Shown here piece after piece: positions 45,801 through 54,646 of a stretch of 64,000 bases of DNA (the first letter of the stretch is position 1; each line of letters opens with the position of its first letter). The position numbers were made by a program, and so were the translations under genes. Below the pieces are notes generated by a model that was not told where the DNA came from, did no database searches, and saw only the letters and a program-made list of their open reading frames with translations. The stretch covers positions 2,637 through 66,636 of the forward strand of contig BEHD01000010.1 of assembly GCA_002898355.1 (NCBI GenBank). The letters run 5' to 3'. The DNA is from an archaeon HR01. Its GTDB lineage: Archaea; Thermoproteota; Nitrososphaeria_A; Caldarchaeales; Caldarchaeaceae.

Positions 45801-47228
45801 TTGACGTATAAAATAACCGTCTTCAACACCCTCGGCAGGGAATATCAAGAATTCAAAACAATTACACCTGGACTGGTGAAGATGTATATCTGCGGCCCCA
45901 CAGTGTATGACTCGGCCCATCTCGGCCACGCCAGAACCTACATCGCATTTGACGCCATCATAAGATTCCTAGAATACATGGGTTACAGGGTCATCTATGT
46001 GAGGAACATAACCGATGTGGGACATATCCGGGAGGAGTCGGGCATGGATAGGATGATTCACGGAGCGGAGAGGGAGAGAAGGCATCCCATGGAGGTGGCG
46101 GACAAATACATGATGGAGTTTTTCAAGGATATGGATATGCTGGGTGTGAGACGGCCCGACATCCAGCCGAGGGCCAGCATGGTCATACCTGAGATAATCG
46201 ACGCTGTCCATAAGCTTATTGAGAAAGGCTTCGCATACACCGTCGATGGAAGCGTCTATTTTGAAGTCTCCAAATTCGACGGATACGGAAGGCTCTCCCG
46301 AATAAAGATTTCGGAGCTGCAGAGACATAGGCTGGAGCCGGACCCTAGAAAAAAGAGCCCCGGCGACTTCGCCCTCTGGAAAGAAGCACCGCCAAACTAT
46401 CCACTGGTCTGGAGGAGCCCCTGGGGTCTAGGATTTCCGGGATGGCATATAGAATGCTCTGTGATGAGCATGAAATATCTCGGAGAACAGATAGATGTTC
46501 ACGGAGGAGGCCATGACCTAGTCTTCCCACACCACGAGAATGAGATAGCCCAGTCTGAAGCCTTGAGCGGTAAATCGCCCTTCGTAAGGTACTGGCTTCA
46601 CACAGGTGAGCTGACGGTTGAGGGGCAGGGGATGCACAAATCCTTAGGCAACTACATAACCATCAGAGAGGCATTAAGAAGATATAGCCCAGACCTAATC
46701 AGGCTCTTTATCCTCTCCTCCCATTATAGGAGCCCTATAGACTTTAGCGAGAAGGCTATGGCACAGGCACGGGAGAACTTGGAAAAGATTGTTGATGCCC
46801 TAAACCTTCTCTCAGAGGCGAGCGATGGCGGAGGTGATGAATTGGCCAACTCTGTGGCGTTAGATGTTGAGGAGTTTAAAAGTGCTATGTGCAACGACTT
46901 CAATACACCGTCAGCCCTAGCGGCCATCTATGCAGCCGCAGATAAGGTCAGGGCCCATATAGGGATGGGAAGGCCCGTCGGCACCCCTTCAAAGGTGGCT
47001 GGGATGATTCTTGAGATGTGTAATGCATTAGGCCTTCTTAGAGGGTTTACACCCGTGAGGCTGGCCGTCGAAGCCGAGAAGGTCCTAAAGGTGTTGCTGG
47101 ATGTTAGAAGGGAGCTGAGAAGGCGGGGCCTCTATGAGATAGGTGATGAAATAAGGAGTAGGCTGGCGGAGATAGGGATAAAGGTGGAGGATACAAGGGA
47201 CGGGGAACGAGTCCGCTTAACTTTATAA
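45801..47228 (+). CDS. cysS: Cysteine--tRNA ligase
   Basis: CGPTVYD, HLGHAR, DFALWK, PGWHIECS, FPHHENE, KMSKS-like GMHKS. Confidence 0.97.
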   Translation: MTYKITVFNTLGREYQEFKTITPGLVKMYICGPTVYDSAHLGHARTYIAFDAIIRFLEYMGYRVIYVRNITDVGHIREESGMDRMIHGAERERRHPMEVADKYMMEFFKDMDMLGVRRPDIQPRASMVIPEIIDAVHKLIEKGFAYTVDGSVYFEVSKFDGYGRLSRIKISELQRHRLEPDPRKKSPGDFALWKEAPPNYPLVWRSPWGLGFPGWHIECSVMSMKYLGEQIDVHGGGHDLVFPHHENEIAQSEALSGKSPFVRYWLHTGELTVEGQGMHKSLGNYITIREALRRYSPDLIRLFILSSHYRSPIDFSEKAMAQARENLEKIVDALNLLSEASDGGGDELANSVALDVEEFKSAMCNDFNTPSALAAIYAAADKVRAHIGMGRPVGTPSKVAGMILEMCNALGLLRGFTPVRLAVEAEKVLKVLLDVRRELRRRGLYEIGDEIRSRLAEIGIKVEDTRDGERVRLTL

Positions 47229-47251
47229 AAGATCTGAGCAGGGACTTTTCT

Positions 47252-47962
47252 ATGAAAGCTGTCATACTCTCTGGAGGCTACGGGAAAAGGCTGCGGCCCC
47301 TAACCAACACCGTACCCAAGCCCCTCCTAGAAGTGGGGGGGAGGCCGATAATTGAGTGGCAGATAGAGTGGTTGAAATCTTACGGTATTAAAGAATTTGT
47401 TATATGCGCCGGGTATCTTAAGGAGAAAATATTGGAGGCGGTAGGGGGAGGGAATAGGCTGGGTGTAAAGCTTGGATACGCCGTAGAGGATGAGCCGCTG
47501 GGTACGGGAGGGGCCTTGAAGAACGCTAAACACCTTCTCTCGCTCGAGAAAATGTTTTTAGTGGTTAACGGCGACATACTAACCAATCTAAACCCCTTAA
47601 AGATGGTGGAGCGTATCAACGGCAAGATGGCTGTGATGGCGGTCACACCACTCCAATCCCCCTACGGTGTTGTAGACTTCGACAGGCAGTCATTGGTTGT
47701 GAAAAGGTTTAGGGAAAAGCCTAAGCTAGCAGATTACTATGTCAACGCCGGAGTTTACCTCTTCACCTCCGAAATATTTGATTATCTTCCATCGGTGGGC
47801 GATATGGAGAAGCAGACGTTCCCACATCTAGCGGAGAAGGAGCTCATCCTCGCTGAGCCCTATGAAGACATCCAGTGGATTAGTATAGACAGCCATAAGG
47901 ACTTGGAGGAGGCGGTGAAGCTTGTGGACGTTTTCAGGTATGCCGAGGTTGGAGGTGCTTAG
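47252..47962 (+). CDS. Sugar-phosphate nucleotidyltransferase
   Basis: ILSGGYGKRLRPLT, PKPL, GTGG, NGD, EKP, NAGVY. Confidence 0.92.
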   Translation: MKAVILSGGYGKRLRPLTNTVPKPLLEVGGRPIIEWQIEWLKSYGIKEFVICAGYLKEKILEAVGGGNRLGVKLGYAVEDEPLGTGGALKNAKHLLSLEKMFLVVNGDILTNLNPLKMVERINGKMAVMAVTPLQSPYGVVDFDRQSLVVKRFREKPKLADYYVNAGVYLFTSEIFDYLPSVGDMEKQTFPHLAEKELILAEPYEDIQWISIDSHKDLEEAVKLVDVFRYAEVGGA

Positions 47963-48452
47963 CCATTATCGCTGCATCTTCACCGTCAGCATAGTAGCCC
48001 TTCTGTATGCTGACCGTCCTAAAACCTAGTTTCCTGTAAAGGTTTATGGCCTGGGTGTTGGACACCCTCACCTCAAGATAGGCCTCATCGCAGTTATACG
48101 TATCAGCCAGCTCTCTGAGGACGTTGTTCATGAGCTGGGTGGCTATTCCAAGCCTCCGGTAGTTGGGAAGAACCGCCACCGATACTATATGCCCGGCCTT
48201 CCTCACCCTCAGCATGTCCAGCTTGGAGAATATCCTCTCCACCCTGCACATGACATAGCCGACAACCCTACCGTCAACCAAGGCCACCCAGAAGGCCTTG
48301 CCGAAGTCCCTCGCCAGCGACTCGAAAAACGAGTAGGTATAGTTTTCTGGGAGGCAGACCCTGTTGACGTTCATAACCTCTATGAGGTCTTCAATTCTAA
48401 CCTCTCGGAGGACGAGCTTCTCCTCTAAACGTTCTCTCCCAAAGGTTTGCAT
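47934..48452 (-). CDS. N-terminal acetyltransferase (Ard1/RimI family GNAT)
   Basis: CLPENY, GHIVSVAV, RRLGIA, LEVRVSN, YYADGEDA. Confidence 0.93.
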   Translation of the reverse strand: MQTFGRERLEEKLVLREVRIEDLIEVMNVNRVCLPENYTYSFFESLARDFGKAFWVALVDGRVVGYVMCRVERIFSKLDMLRVRKAGHIVSVAVLPNYRRLGIATQLMNNVLRELADTYNCDEAYLEVRVSNTQAINLYRKLGFRTVSIQKGYYADGEDAAIMAKHLQPRHT

Positions 48453-48536
48453 GGTTATGATGCGTAGCTTACGGTCTAACGGGTTTAATAAGCTTTATGG
48501 CCCTCTCACCCTAAAGACATTTAGCATAGTCTTGGC

Positions 48537-49649
48537 TTGTTGATGCAGATAATGAGTTGGGGTAGCTATTACGACCAGCTGGAGCAGATCAAGCTAGTCC
48601 TAGCCAGAAACTTCACCGTGGTGGATGTTTACTTTGAGGCAGGCGTCTTGACATTCAAGGTCTCGGAGACATGGATTAAGGAGCGGTTCAGGGAATGTGT
48701 GAAACAGCTCAAAAGCATTAACATGATAGCCACAGCCCGTCTCGAGTCTGACGGCGTCAAGATAAGGGTTTATCCCTATAGGCTTCCTCCAGCCAACAGA
48801 TATAGACTCCCTATAATTCTAGCGCTAGTATCCATTGTCGCTGTTGCGGCTGATGGGTATCTCCGCTCAACTTCATCCGTATTCAACCTACTACCCATAA
48901 GATATGGGTTCCCAGATATGGTTTTCAACGCAGCCATCTACGCCACATCCCTCTTCGCTATAATCTTCATCCACGAGATGGGCCACAAGATATCCGCTAG
49001 GATAGATGGAGTGGCTACAAGCGCACCCTACTTCATCCCGGGGCTGCCAGGCTTTATACCAACTCTTGGGGCCGTGATCTTCCAGAAGGAGCCGCTTACA
49101 AACCGTGACGACATGTTCGATATAGGAGTTAGCGGCCCGGTGGCTGGATTCATAGTTTGTGTCGTTGTTACGTTTATCGCCTTCGAGACAGCTATCTGGA
49201 TTCCAATAGACCGCTACATAGGAATAATAAGCGCTATCTCGGCGGAGGGGGCTGTTCTCGAGCCCCCTCTCCTCATCCAGCTGGTGGGGATGCTTTACTC
49301 AAGGGGTGGCGAGGCACCCTTCTTTATGAACGTAGGTTTTGCGGCATGGCTTGGGTTGGTTGTTACAGCCCTAAACCTCCTGCCGATATGGCAGCTGGAC
49401 GGCGGAAGAATATTCAGGAGCTTTCTGTCGAGAAGGCAGCACATAGCCGCTTCATACATCTCAATAGCTATCTTGGTGGCCTCGGGATATTATTTTATGG
49501 CGATCATGATCCTGCTCCTGATGTCCCGTAGCGCCGATATAGCCCCCCTAGATGAGGTATCCCCCCTCTCCCCCGGCCGGAAGCTGAGCATTATAGGGAT
49601 AATGGCCATTTTGATCCTCTCCTTCGTGCCAATTAGTAGATTGTTTTAG
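48537..49649 (+). CDS. Site-2 protease (M50 intramembrane metalloprotease)
   Basis: HEMGH, PYFIP, IGVSGP, NLLPIWQLDGG; exact start (48537/48543/48552) uncertain. Confidence 0.92.
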   Translation: MLMQIMSWGSYYDQLEQIKLVLARNFTVVDVYFEAGVLTFKVSETWIKERFRECVKQLKSINMIATARLESDGVKIRVYPYRLPPANRYRLPIILALVSIVAVAADGYLRSTSSVFNLLPIRYGFPDMVFNAAIYATSLFAIIFIHEMGHKISARIDGVATSAPYFIPGLPGFIPTLGAVIFQKEPLTNRDDMFDIGVSGPVAGFIVCVVVTFIAFETAIWIPIDRYIGIISAISAEGAVLEPPLLIQLVGMLYSRGGEAPFFMNVGFAAWLGLVVTALNLLPIWQLDGGRIFRSFLSRRQHIAASYISIAILVASGYYFMAIMILLLMSRSADIAPLDEVSPLSPGRKLSIIGIMAILILSFVPISRLF

Positions 49650-50656
49650 ATATTTTCCAGCCTAGAGCCGAGAGACTGGGCTAGGACTAAGATTTTCGCC
49701 TCCTTGCTTTTAACCCGCCACGCATATGTCAGCGCCTGATCTAGGGTGTCGGCATGCCGCGCTCCTAGGAGCTTTTCCACCAGTGATGACGGGGTTGCGG
49801 TCACCATGCATATTTTATTCTTTTCAGCTCTTTCAGCCCATAGGCCTACCCATCTCCCGAAGATGTCGTCAGAGGCCTTCTTTGTTAGGGTGTCCACAAA
49901 GCTCTGCGGCCCCAGCCCTCCGGAGCATTCCAAGGGTATGATAACCACCTTATCCTTCACATTCTCCCCCACAGCAGATATGAGGTGTATCGAGCTTGAG
50001 AGGTAGAGGTCGGTGGGGTGGCCCGGCCCTCCCAAGACAATTATATCGTAGGCTTCCTCTGATGCGAGATGGGAGCGTTGCATGACGAGCTCAGATATTC
50101 TGTCGCCTATATCCTGAGGTCTCCCCACCAATATCTCTGCGACGGCTCCGCCATAGGAGATGATAGGGATGATCGACGTGTAAACCTTCTCCAGTCTATG
50201 AAATGTTGTTATCTCTCCACCCCAGAATATGGCGGGTGATACGAGGATATCTGCTTCAGATTGGTCTGGCTGGAGCCCAGATATTTTCTCAACCCCCCTC
50301 CTTCTCAGATGTGACGCCACCTCAGATATGCACTCCCTCTCCACATGTTCGGAAAAGTAGCGCCACGCCGTCACCCTTATCTCAATATCTTTAGGGGTGA
50401 AGCCGTTTATGGATAGTTTATCGACCAACATTTCAAGAAGCTCCAGAAAGCCTTTCAAGCCTGCGACATAATCCACAACCAGTGTAACGGGCTGCCCTGC
50501 ATCCAGAACCCCTACCACACCATCCAGTGATGGTGAAGAGTCCAGCGAGGGCTGGGGTGGCTCAACAACCCTAAGGTTATCTCCGGAGCCGAAATCTGCG
50601 AATATCTCTGTTCTTCCGTATTTAAGCCAGACATCAACCACGTACAGTGCCACCAT
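49646..50656 (-). CDS. LarA (lactate racemase)-like protein, catalytically degenerate
   Basis: N-terminal VWLKYGRTEI and C-terminal DIIVLGGPGHPTDLYL...ECSGGLG match the LarA fold; start ATG 50656 or GTG 50641 (track extension to 51019 is a shadow of the next gene). Confidence 0.65.
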   Translation of the reverse strand: MVALYVVDVWLKYGRTEIFADFGSGDNLRVVEPPQPSLDSSPSLDGVVGVLDAGQPVTLVVDYVAGLKGFLELLEMLVDKLSINGFTPKDIEIRVTAWRYFSEHVERECISEVASHLRRRGVEKISGLQPDQSEADILVSPAIFWGGEITTFHRLEKVYTSIIPIISYGGAVAEILVGRPQDIGDRISELVMQRSHLASEEAYDIIVLGGPGHPTDLYLSSSIHLISAVGENVKDKVVIIPLECSGGLGPQSFVDTLTKKASDDIFGRWVGLWAERAEKNKICMVTATPSSLVEKLLGARHADTLDQALTYAWRVKSKEAKILVLAQSLGSRLENI

Positions 50657-50664
50657 GTTTCTTG

Positions 50665-50675
50665 TTAATATATAT
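50665..50675. promoter_or_regulatory. Shared palindromic TATA element of a divergent promoter
   Basis: TTAATATATAT in the 37-nt gap between the divergent LarA-like and nitroreductase starts. Confidence 0.5.
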
Positions 50676-50693
50676 CGCCACGTTAGAACAGTC

Positions 50694-51326
50694 ATGCCTT
50701 GCAGGGGAGAGGATTTCATAGAGACGTTGATGGGGAGGAGGAGCTCCAAGCTGTTGAGGCCGGGGTATGTGCCTAGGGAGGTGGTGATTAAAGCCCTCGA
50801 GGCAGGTGTTTCGGCGGCTAACGCCCACAACGCACAGCCCTGGCGTTTTATAGTCGTTGACGACAAAGCCGTAATGGAGGAGCTTCTAAAGGAGATGGAG
50901 AGGTTGTGGCGGAGAGACTTGGTGGATGACGGGCTTGACGTGGAGAAGGTGGATAAGATAGTGGAGAACGCCGTCGGCAGAAGCCGTCGGGCTTCACTGC
51001 TTCTGGTGGCCTGCCTCACTATGGAGGATATGGATAAGTACCGAGATAGCGTGAGAAATCATTACGAGTACATTATGGCAGTCCAAAGTGTTGCTGCCGC
51101 TCTCCAGAATATCCTGCTGGCCCTACACGCTATGGGATATGGTGCTTGCTGGAGATGCTCAGCGCTCTTCGCACCTGAAGCTGTGAGGAAGGTTCTTGGG
51201 CTTCCTGAAGACTTGATACCGCAGGCCTTGGTTGAGGTCGGGTTAAAAGGTGGGGAGACGAAGGGTGTGAGACGGCCTCTGGGGGAGGTGGTTCACCATA
51301 ACAGGTGGGGTGTGGCATATTGTTGA
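50694..51326 (+). CDS. Nitroreductase-family protein resembling the FbiB C-terminal domain (putative dehydro-F420-0 reductase)
   Basis: RRS, NAHNAQPWRF, WRRDLVDDG, QNILLALHAMGYGACWRCSALF; first gene of the cofD-cofC operon. Confidence 0.8.
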   Translation: MPCRGEDFIETLMGRRSSKLLRPGYVPREVVIKALEAGVSAANAHNAQPWRFIVVDDKAVMEELLKEMERLWRRDLVDDGLDVEKVDKIVENAVGRSRRASLLLVACLTMEDMDKYRDSVRNHYEYIMAVQSVAAALQNILLALHAMGYGACWRCSALFAPEAVRKVLGLPEDLIPQALVEVGLKGGETKGVRRPLGEVVHHNRWGVAYC

Positions 51327-52246
51327 CAGCTTTAGCTGGCGGTGTGGGAGGCTCTAAGCTTCTTCTCGGGTTGAAGTATGAGATGAACGGTGTGGGCACG
51401 GCAGTGGTCAATACCGCAGACGACGAGGAGTTTTTCGGCCTACACGTATCACCCGACATAGACACGGTCATCTACACTCTTTCAGGGCTGGCTGACGAGT
51501 CAAAGGGATGGGGGATAAGGGGCGACACATTCCACACCCTCGAAATGCTTGGCAGGCTAGGATGCGAGACATGGTTCAAACTAGGTGATAGAGACTTAGC
51601 CATCCACATCTATAGGACGATGAGGCTGAGGGCTGGCGCATCACTCACTGAGGTGACCGCCGAGATAGCTGAAAGGCTTGGGGCAGGGTGGAAGATACTG
51701 CCAATGACTGATGACAGGGTACGGACATGGATAGAGACTCTTGAAGGGCCTATGCCTTTCCAGACATACTTCGTTAAACGTGGGGCCGCCGACAGAGTTG
51801 TATCCATCGAGTACAGGGGTGTTGAGAGGGCAAGGCCCAGCCGGGAGGTGGTTCAGGCCCTTAAGGAATCTGACGCTGTAATAATCTGTCCCAGCAACCC
51901 CTTTCTCAGCATAGAGCCCATCCTAAGGCTTGAAGGTGTTAGAACACTTCTTAGACAGATGGACGGCGTGGTGTTGGCGGTGAGCCCGATAGTGGGTGGT
52001 AGAGCTTTAAAGGGGCCGGCTGCCAAGATTATGGCCGACCTAGGCATGGAACCATCACCAGCCTCAGTGGCCGAGCTCTACAGAGACTTTCTAGACATCA
52101 TGGTTTTGGATAGAGTTGATGCGCATTACGTTGATGAGATTTCCTCGATGGGGATAAAGACAGTCATAACCGATACAATCATGAATTCTCTGGATGAGAA
52201 GAGGGCTTTGGCCAGAAGATGTCTTGAGGCGGTGGGTATTATTTGA
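51305..52246 (+). CDS. cofD: 2-phospho-L-lactate/PEP transferase (F420-0 synthesis)
   Basis: LAGGVGG, VNTADD, SPDIDT, LGDRD, PSNPFLSI, LKGPAAK. Confidence 0.95.
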   Translation: MGCGILLTALAGGVGGSKLLLGLKYEMNGVGTAVVNTADDEEFFGLHVSPDIDTVIYTLSGLADESKGWGIRGDTFHTLEMLGRLGCETWFKLGDRDLAIHIYRTMRLRAGASLTEVTAEIAERLGAGWKILPMTDDRVRTWIETLEGPMPFQTYFVKRGAADRVVSIEYRGVERARPSREVVQALKESDAVIICPSNPFLSIEPILRLEGVRTLLRQMDGVVLAVSPIVGGRALKGPAAKIMADLGMEPSPASVAELYRDFLDIMVLDRVDAHYVDEISSMGIKTVITDTIMNSLDEKRALARRCLEAVGII

Positions 52247-52842
52247 GAAGGGCCGCAATAATACCTGTTAAGAGGCTTTCAGATGTGAAGAGTAGGCTGG
52301 GAACCAGGCTGGAGAAGTCTGAGAGGGTTGGCCTTAGCGTCTCAATGCTCAGCCACGTGGTCCAAGCATGTATGGAGGCGGGCTTCCACCCAGTATGCGT
52401 CTCGCCAGACCCTGAGGTTGAAAAAATCGCCAGAACCCAGCGGTGGGGGTACATAAAAGACCGTGGTAAATCCCTCAATACTGCGGTGGAGAAAGCGTTA
52501 AAGAGCCTTTCAGCCCAAGGCTATAAAGAGTTGGTGGTTGTACACCCCGACCTCCCCCTACTCACACAGAAAGATTTGAAGCAGATATCGACGTTGGCCC
52601 GGTTTTCAGATGCGGTAATCTGCCCAAACCTCGACGCATCAGGCACCAACATAGTCTACCTCCGGAGACCCAGGGCTTTTCATCCAAGATATGGGAGAAA
52701 CAGCTATGTACGCCATCTAAAGGGCTTCACATCCAGAGGCTTCGCAGTCAAGACCTACATCTCCCTAGGGACAGCCCTCGACTTGGATACACCCAGAGAC
52801 CTAAGACTTCTTTCTCTTCTTCGCACTTCTCCTCAGGGCTAG
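52243..52842 (+). CDS. cofC: 2-phospho-L-lactate/PEP guanylyltransferase
   Basis: IPVK...KSRL, DLPLL, GTN, YGRNSYVRH, DLDTPRDL. Confidence 0.92.
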   Translation: MRRAAIIPVKRLSDVKSRLGTRLEKSERVGLSVSMLSHVVQACMEAGFHPVCVSPDPEVEKIARTQRWGYIKDRGKSLNTAVEKALKSLSAQGYKELVVVHPDLPLLTQKDLKQISTLARFSDAVICPNLDASGTNIVYLRRPRAFHPRYGRNSYVRHLKGFTSRGFAVKTYISLGTALDLDTPRDLRLLSLLRTSPQG

Positions 52843-54165
52843 ATAGGCTATGACCATCAACAGGGGTATCACCAGAAGCAGCTCCAAAACCAGCGGTAGA
52901 ACGGCGCCGGTCTCGGGCACAGAACTGGTGGGTGAGACCGTGGTTATGACGGTTGTTTGGGGCCTGCTCAAATCCACCTCACCAACAAAAACCTCAGCCC
53001 TATTGCCGACAGAATCCACAGCCACAACACTCATCAAAACCTTGGTTGCCCCACTGGGTGGATGGTAAACCGCCGAGTACCTACCGTCAGGACCGCCAGC
53101 CATAGCGACAGTCTCATTGCCGGAGACATAGACCCCTCTATAGATTGTGGCAACCGCTAAAACTCCGTCGGCTCCGATATCGCCTTCAGGGTCTTTAACC
53201 GTCGCAAGAACCTCCACCACACCCTCCCCAGTCTTCAAAGATGCCTCACTGATCTGTGGCGGCTTGGAGTCTGAGACCCAAGCCAGCGACTGTGATGATG
53301 AATCGATAAACCATAGTTTTTTATCTGAGCCGATGGAGGGTGTTGAGGGGATTACCTCGGGTAGCATTTTCTCTGATAGCTGGCCGTTCTCCACCACACC
53401 CAAGACCCTCCGATTGGGACTGGCATAGTAGAGTTTCCCGTTCGCTGCCACTATCTGAGGGTCAACGGCGGTACCAGACGGAAGCTCTACAACGGTTGAC
53501 GGCCGCTCCCAGCCCACCATGGATATTATCTTCCTCTCAACGGTGACCGCCCACAATCTCTCCCCCTCCGAGTCGACACCTACGACGACCCCGCCCAGCT
53601 CCACAGTCCTCACCTCAGACCCCCTCAGGACATGGATTCTCTGGAGGGATTCATCCAAGGCCCAGACGTAGCCTCCCGAGGCTGTGAGAGTGTTTAAACC
53701 ATCGGCAAGGGGTAGGTTATAGGCCTCCACAAGCTGGGAGGATTCTATATCGTATACAGCTAGAGTCCTAGCCTTCGGCATGGACACGAAGAGCCTCCCA
53801 TCGACATCCATGTCTGACGGCTTTGAGTCCAGCTCTATCCTGCCCAGCTCCCGACCGGATGTATCGTAGATCAGTATCTGGGGCGGTGTCTCGAGCTGGA
53901 GGAATATCCTATCCTGGGTCGTTAAGACCTTGGAGGGTACGCCGTCTAGGGCCACCTCCACATAGCGGCTGGCGGCGTCGTTGTAGATGCCGAGGACAGG
54001 CCTGTTGGAGAAGACTATGGCTACATTCTCTCCTCCTCCAGCAGATATTTGGGAGGGTACGCCTGTGGATGGTATGCTGACAAACCTAGGGTTTGAAAGT
54101 CCGTTGACTATCTGCGGAAAGCTTAGAAGTATTAAAAAGGCTAGGAATAGGAGGGCAACCCGCAT
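52801..54165 (-). CDS. Secreted beta-propeller protein with Ser/Thr-rich linker and C-terminal membrane anchor
   Basis: Signal peptide; about 40-aa beta-rich repeats; QTTVITTVSPTSS linker; TM plus RRSAKKRKKS. Confidence 0.75.
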   Translation of the reverse strand: MRVALLFLAFLILLSFPQIVNGLSNPRFVSIPSTGVPSQISAGGGENVAIVFSNRPVLGIYNDAASRYVEVALDGVPSKVLTTQDRIFLQLETPPQILIYDTSGRELGRIELDSKPSDMDVDGRLFVSMPKARTLAVYDIESSQLVEAYNLPLADGLNTLTASGGYVWALDESLQRIHVLRGSEVRTVELGGVVVGVDSEGERLWAVTVERKIISMVGWERPSTVVELPSGTAVDPQIVAANGKLYYASPNRRVLGVVENGQLSEKMLPEVIPSTPSIGSDKKLWFIDSSSQSLAWVSDSKPPQISEASLKTGEGVVEVLATVKDPEGDIGADGVLAVATIYRGVYVSGNETVAMAGGPDGRYSAVYHPPSGATKVLMSVVAVDSVGNRAEVFVGEVDLSRPQTTVITTVSPTSSVPETGAVLPLVLELLLVIPLLMVIAYLALRRSAKKRKKS

Positions 54166-54176
54166 TCCCCAGCGCC

Positions 54177-54362
54177 CTACTGAGCCTGGGCCTTCACCTT
54201 CTTAGCCCGTCCCCGACGTCTTCTCCGCTTTTTAAAGCTGGCTCTGGAATATTTTAACACAGTCTCGCTGAGCTCGGGTGGAAGACCCTTCAACGTCTTC
54301 CTAAGTTTCTCAGCCAACTCCATAGCCTCATAGAACCTATCCAAGACTTTTCTCCTAGCCAT
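54177..54362 (-). CDS. Small highly basic protein (61 aa)
   Basis: TTTATAT box about 27 nt upstream of ATG; helical N-terminus then KKRRRRRGRAKKVK. Confidence 0.65.
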   Translation of the reverse strand: MARRKVLDRFYEAMELAEKLRKTLKGLPPELSETVLKYSRASFKKRRRRRGRAKKVKAQAQ

Positions 54363-54422
54363 GACCTATTAAAGGCCTTTCTCTCACGATATAAAGATTT
54401 ATAAATCATTCCCCAGACTGGA

Positions 54423-54593
54423 CGTCGTCAACCTGTCCCTCAGATATCTCCGCTTGTTGACGTTCTATTCCTCGGCAGTGGAGCGGCTGCGTTGGTTGTT
54501 GAGAAGGCTGGGTCGGTGGGTGGGGTTCTCTGTCTTAAAGAGTGCAGGTGTCAGAGGCTCTACCTGGAAGAGAATGGGCCTCAGCCTACGTAA
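54423..54593 (+). pseudogene. Possible remnant of an FAD-dependent oxidoreductase N-terminus
   Basis: Open frame with no start codon ahead of the motif, reading VDVLFLGSGAAAL-VVEKAGSVGG: a Rossmann motif with the intervening helix missing. Confidence 0.3.
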
Positions 54594-54646
54594 CTGCAGA
54601 ACAAATGGTTCAGAGTATATATATTCAGGGAGGTGCTGCATGTTGG

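Noticed and set aside
50657-51019. N-terminal 121 aa of the 457-aa ORF 49646..51019
   Set aside because: Ser-rich antisense shadow of the nitroreductase gene; LarA-like similarity begins only near 50641-50656
54542-54646. N-terminal extension of hisD as a fused HisG fragment
   Set aside because: No convincing HisG motif; the segment contains the TATA box that fits ATG 54647
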